A stretch of DNA of 64,000 bases, taken from assembly GCA_000165425.1 (NCBI GenBank), contig CT868563.1, forward strand, positions 62,001-126,000. The letters run 5' to 3'. Position 1 is the stretch's first letter. Each line of letters opens with the position of its first letter. Positions 57,932 to 64,000 of this stretch are shown here, one piece after another. The notes under the pieces were generated by a model. It ran no database searches, had not been told where the DNA came from, and saw only the letters and a program-made list of their open reading frames with translations. This stretch comes from Paramecium tetraurelia. Taxonomy: Eukaryota. A program made the position numbers and the translations under genes.

Positions 57932-58916
57932 TCAATCATTTAAATCATTTGCCAAGTGGCTCTTATAAAATGTACTTCTCATTTTCACATCCTTCATATT
58001 ATTATTTCCTAACTTGATATTATTATAATGATCAACATAATATTAGTTTCTATTAAAAATACTATTCCTCCCCTCCTTATCGTTCATCGGAGTTATATCA
58101 CTTGATTTTGAATAATCTAGCATTTGTGATTAGTTAAATAATTATTATTACTCTTCTTACTTTCTTTTTATCATAGGATTAGTTCCTTCTAAAGTTGTAT
58201 AATAAATTTCTAATTTATCCTTAACATTATAAAGCTTTCTTCTATCTTTCTCCATCTGCCTCTCTTCATAATCTAATTCTTTTCTACTTTTTAATTTAGA
58301 TTTCTGAGGTGATCTAACGATTACTCCAAAATGGTTTTTTAAAAATGTTATTGTTTCATCTGGACTTCTCATTCTCAATCCAGCTCTAATAACAAGTTCT
58401 GAATCACTTTAAATTTAGGATGTATCTAATTATTTATAATCATTTATCAATTTAGTTTATTCTTCAATTTGAGAATCCTTTTTTTTAACTTACTACTAAA
58501 GTTTTAGATTTTTAGTTTTGTTGTGCTATTTTTCAAAAAATTCTTTTAACCCTTATTTTTTTAACTCATATATTTTTTCTTATTTATAAAGAGGCATTGA
58601 ACTCAACACTTTTGTTAATACCAAATTATCTTTATTACATGAATTACTTAATACTTCAGTTCTATATTTTGAATACTAAAATTATCTTCTTTAGATGTTA
58701 TCAATTATTGGAAATACTCTGTCACTTTCTTATTCTTTGTTTCGATTATATTCAATCTTATATTTTTATAAACTTAATATAACTTACCTACTCAAATAAC
58801 TCATCTACTCTTAATGAAATATCTTTGTTTTACTTCTTCTCTTTTTCTTTTTTATCCCCAAATTCAGTGATTTTTTGAGAAAAATTGATCTTTCTTTCTC
58901 TTATATCAAAATTCAT
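57932..58916 (-). CDS. Hypothetical charged/coiled-coil protein
   Basis: MNFDIRERKINFSQK...LRMRSPDETITFLKNHFGV...; TGA at 57932. Confidence 0.6.
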
Positions 58917-58959
58917 ATTAAATTATATTTTATATAAATTCAATTCTTAATTGTAATAA

Positions 58960-60716
58960 TCAAGTAGATTTTTTAATTAGTTCTTTAGGAAATTGCAGAT
59001 TTGTTAGGTTTAAGATGCTTTGATCCCATATTAACTTTTGCTAATTTATATACAACATAGGTTTACCTCTGCTAATTACTCTTTTTGAAGACTACAAAAT
59101 GTTTTAAAATGTTCTGAAAATTCAGAAACTGTGTTCTCAAGAAGTTTCGTCACTTCCACACTTTATTAGTTATTATAATAAGTTAAAAATTTTCTTAAAT
59201 CTTCTTAAACCTCAGTTTCCTACGGTAGCATGATTTAAAAGCTTATTTCTTTGTTTTAGGTTAAATTGCTATCTTATAAGGCTTTAAGTTAAATAGCAGG
59301 AATTTCCCATCTGCTTAAGTCTTGCGTTGTAAATAATTTATTTTTCTTTTGCTCCAATCTACATTTAAATCTTTCATATTCTTATTGAGCTTATTCTTTT
59401 TGTTTCATAAACTTAGATATGAGGGATGATTACTTCTTTTAATATTAAAATTGAATGATGATGAAATTTAAAGAAATAGCAAAGTTCTTCTTACACTATT
59501 TTGATTTGAGCTGTCAAATTATCGCCCCACTAAACAAACATATTATTCATTGATATGTTTAATATATCTAATTTTGATATTTTACCTAAGGGAATGGATT
59601 AATTAAACTTATTTGATAATTAGTAAAGCTCAGCACAAGTTGATCCCATATTAAAAACAGTATTTGATAATTAATCAAAATCAAGCAATAATTATTTAGA
59701 TGACTTTCTTAATTTTCTATAACATATATCAACTGAATTGACAAGTTATGTAGCTTCTATATTATACACATTTATGTTTTCATTATTTTCTAATTAAATC
59801 TTACCATCCATTGAAATAATCTATTCTAATTTGGTTACTTTTTAGACTTAAGTACTTAACTTTTAGATTTACTTAAAGTCTTTTTCATCTTTTGATGATA
59901 GAAATGCAAAAAACCATTTATCATGCCTCAATAATTCACATTTAAATATTGATTTTAAGAATTTCTAAATGAATAAGATGTGTGTTACTTCTAAATATTT
60001 CATTCGTTTTTTAATGTACATCTCATTTTCATTTTTAAGAACTGATTTTTTTGAGACTGGAGCAATCTAGTTTAAATTTTAAGAATTTACACTTTTTCCA
60101 GGATAAATTTTGCACAACAAGTCTCTCAACCATAAGAAATCGCTATATCTCCTTGAAACAGTCCATCCTATCGGATCTGTTTGAACAGTATATGAATAAT
60201 AAGATGATGAAAAAATGCCTCCTGGTATTCTCTGATATTTCGTGATGTAAACGTTTATTTCATTGGATTGCAAGATTTATTTTTTATCCTAGACTTTGCA
60301 TAAATGAATTTACGATTAATCCAATTTAATATTCAAATCTTTATTTGGTTATGATTCTTGTTCTTTCTATTGATTTAAAAATGTTGAATTTTAGCTTTCT
60401 TAATGCTAGTCTACATATGATAACTTTTTGTCCTCAATATCTGATTTTCTATCATAAGCAAAAGATTGAAACTATTGATCTAATTATGGTTAACTTGACT
60501 ATTAAAATGAAGTGATTGCTAAAATTAGTTCTTGATATGTCCACATGTCGATGTCTTATCCACCTAATCGTAAATTTATTTTTGGAGTGTACCGTTGTCT
60601 TTCTAGAGTTCCATAAAGTTTATAAATCTTTCAGGATCATATCCTTTATCAAGTATTTCTGTTTTTAATAATATTTCCTTTTGTTGTACTTCATCCTAAT
60701 TGTGTTATTAATCCAT
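58960..60716 (-). CDS. Sorting nexin (PX + BAR-like coiled coil)
   Basis: YYSYTVQTDPIGWTVSRRYSDFLWLRDLLCKIYPG..; helical C-terminal half. Confidence 0.85.
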
Positions 60717-60730
60717 TAATTATATTAAAA

Positions 60731-61120
60731 ATGGAATATTATACAGAAATATCAAATGAACTAAAAAATAAATATAATCGGCATTATAATTTGTATCAGG
60801 TATTACATTAATTATATAACATTAAGAAACAATAATTAGAACATAAAGTTCTATGTTATAAAAATAGTAATGAGGATCCATTAAAATATCAATAATGCAT
60901 TGATGATATCAATACAAGGATGAATATGAATTCCACAACACTTAGGAATAGATACAATCAAATTGAAATAGATGATAAAGATTGTCATGGTAAATGCTAT
61001 GAAGATCCAAAATGTATGAAAGGATGCGAAGATTAATCAAGAAAAAAAGCAAATTAATTATAAGAATAATTTTATAAACTTATGCTATAAGAAAATCCAG
61101 AATACAAAAAATTGTAATGA
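60731..61120 (+). CDS. Small helical Cys-motif protein, possibly FAM136A/DUF842-like
   Basis: VLCYKNS..YQQCIDD..DCHGKCYEDPKCMKGCED (CX3C pairs); one intron. Confidence 0.55.
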
Positions 61121-61148
61121 AATGCATTTTATAATATAACCTATAATC

Positions 61149-63839
61149 TCAGAATATTGTGCAATCATCAGTTTATCCAATACTTTAATTTTCAGGTTGC
61201 TCATCAATTATTTGCTTTTCTTGTAATGGCTAACTTTCCCTGAATACTTATTGCTAAGTTGTACTTTTTTACTCCTACTCCTTTGGAGGATTTTGTTAAA
61301 ATTATGATAATAACCTATTCATCTACTCTTCATGAGTTTATTCTAATAATGAGATTTTTTCTTCATAAAAAGACTTTAATTAATGTATTTCCTTCCCCTC
61401 ATATTATTTTAGGGCTTGATTGATTTCTTTGTTTATTCTTTCGTAATTCTACATCTAATCAAAGTATTCGATCTTTAATTGATTAACTTCTACAAACTTC
61501 TATTTTAAATTAAATAATTCTTTCTCTTTCTATAGTAGATTATTTCTAATTTGTATATTGTTTTCTTAGAATTCTTTTATAACATTGGGTTAAACTTGAG
61601 TTTAATTAAAATTTTAATCAAAATCTTTTCTTTTCAAACCCAAAATTTGTACGTTTAGATCATCAATGTGTTTGTTTAATTTCTCTGTTTACTCATTTTT
61701 TCTTGCACATAATAAACTCATTTCCTCAGCATTTTTTTTTAATTCAGCAAGCTATTACTTTAATTCTAATGTTTCTTAATCTTTTTCTTCCAATTTAATA
61801 CTCATAGATGAATTTTACTGTTATAACATAGATGTTTTTTTTAATAATGAAACTCTTTCTTCTGTTAATCTAAATATTTCTTATTCATAGTCACTACTTA
61901 TTTTCTCTTTTAATTAGCTTTCGAATTCCGTTTTGTTTTTTAAAGTTTATTATAATTGAATTTACAAATTGTTGATTTCAAATTTTAAATTGCTAATGTC
62001 AGATTGCAATTTAGAAATTTCATTTCTGTAATTTTCTTCCTTCTATTCAAAATTTCTCTAGCTGATTTCTTACTTTTCCTCTAATTATTAATTAAGCAAT
62101 TAACTATTCTATTAACTTTTTAGTTGAGCTTTCAAATTACTTACAGTGAATTAATTATCCATTTCCAACTATTATTGCTGATCAATGTATCTTTGGATTA
62201 ATTACTATTATTATTATACTTTTTCTTCCAATTCGATAATCAAATTGTTCTTTTCTTATAATTAGATCATTTATTTATCAGCATTATCTGATTTTATAGA
62301 GCTTCTTGAGATTCTTGAATTATAAGTTTCAGATTCCACATCATTATCTTATTTTGCATAAGCTATTGAATTTCTCAAGTTCAATAGCTCCTCCTTTTGC
62401 TTTTTAATTGCTTAATATAACTCCTTAATTTAATTCTTATTGACATCATACTTTTCATTTTATATCACAGACTCAATCTTGGAATTAGAATTATCCTTTA
62501 CAAGTCCAATAAATGAATCCAATACACATTCTAATGAACTATTGTTCAATGATTATCTTGGTTATTGTTATTATTCTTTTTAATCCTATTATTTTTATTA
62601 TATAAATATTTATTATTATTGACTTAATTATTCTTTACTTGTTAAACTAGTTCTATGCTTTCTTTTCTGTTGGTCTTCGAATTATAAGAAAGTTGTCAAT
62701 TACTCCAATTAAATATGCTTCATAATGTGGATTGGTATTTCATCGATTTATGCATCTGCAAAACTCTTTTATAATTCCAAGCAGATATTGGCTAAGAATT
62801 TCTCATAAATGGAAAACTATTTCAATAGTATACATTTATACATCTTTATTGATGAGTAGTTGATTAAAGAGAAAATAGCCAACATAAAATTCTATATAAT
62901 TAAACATAAGAGTTGTTAGAATATCAGATGAATGCGTATCTAAAAATACTTTTATTTTTGACTTAGTCAGAGAATCAATTTAAGAGTTTGATTAGTCCCT
63001 TATACAGTCCATTAGAAATGTAACCTCCTAATCAATTGGTTTGTTTTCTTCTGCATCTAATTTGTGATATTGAAACCTTTAAGGGAGTACTTTTTAGTGT
63101 AAAAACAATAATAATGCCAAGCAAATGGCTTCATCACAAAAATACAAGATATATGTGGTTATAAAGACAAGATTTCTTGTTAATCTTACAGGGTTAGATT
63201 TAAAAAAACAATGCAAAACATTTGATATTTTTAATAATATGGAACTTTCCGATTCTCCTACACACATCTTATGATTCCATTCATATAAAGAATAATTTAA
63301 ATTTTTTTTATTCTAAAATCGATTATAATCGATACAAATACCTCCTTAAAATATCTCTATAGATTGGTTTAAATTTAATTTTTTGTTTCATTACTAGCAT
63401 TTTTCAAAATTTTAGATAATGAATTTTAATATTCCTCTTACACTTTCTCAATTACAACACTAAAAATCATTTCAAATTATACTCATCTCCCTGAGCCAAA
63501 GAAGCCCACCTTTTTCCTATTCCAGATAATTAGCCAAACTTGCATTTTTCCACTTCCATCTACTAGGCTTAATGTTTGGAATCATCTTTGCAATTTTTAC
63601 AAATTCTATGAGGAGTTTTTAAATCGTGAGATGGAATGATCGCCTTATCAGGGCCACAATTATAGCAGACATACCTCTAACACCGTTTGCATTAATGTTA
63701 TTTGTGTTTCCTTAGATACTTGTAAAACTAAGTAATACCAATCAAAAGTTTATTAGCATAATTCACAAGCTTCACTTTTGTTACTCGAACTTCCAACAAA
63801 TGTCCTATAAGTGAGTTTAGAGCCAATCTTTTCAAACAT
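61149..63839 (-). CDS. FYVE-like zinc finger + degenerate TBC-like domain + coiled coil + CaaX
   Basis: CELC..HQCKRCQRYVCYNC..HRICKNC; ISNVLHCFFKSNP..FITTYILYFCDEAICLALL..VLPQRF; ends DDCTIF*; tiny introns join the parts in frame. Confidence 0.7.
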
Positions 63840-64000
63840 CTCTTTATATATATTATGTATTAATATTTATAATTCTGCAATGTATAAATAATGAGGAATA
63901 TCAATATAGAGATTCTTATTTGAATAATATAAATATTTATATTAAATGTCTTAAGATCAATGTTATGATTAGGGATTGTCAGGCTAATCTTCGCAGTCGC

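Overview
AT-rich, gene-dense eukaryotic DNA typical of a Paramecium-type ciliate macronuclear chromosome. Genes read open only in the ciliate code (TAA/TAG=Gln, TGA=stop) and carry tiny 20-32 nt GT..AG introns, so the supplied standard-code ORF track is mostly fragments or artefacts. About 40 protein genes can be traced by hand: trichocyst matrix protein, two importin-alpha-like genes, SAS6-like, NOSIP, Rab1, a divergent Rab, PP2C, PP1, AK8-like, SEC14, HTATSF1, a TrxR-like reductase, aquaporin, a surface antigen, a sorting nexin and a FYVE/TBC-like protein, among others. The most notable items are (1) a tandem pair of box C/D snoRNAs with LSU rRNA guides at about 21.75-21.91 kb, (2) a gene with an in-frame TGA in a C-G-TGA context, (3) a TrxR-family enzyme lacking the C-terminal Cys/Sec tail, (4) a frameshifted apgM-type pseudogene, (5) a non-prenylated Rab lacking the catalytic Gln, and (6) head-to-head genes only 8-14 nt apart. 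All coordinates come from manual translation; exon boundaries are unverified and no database search was run.
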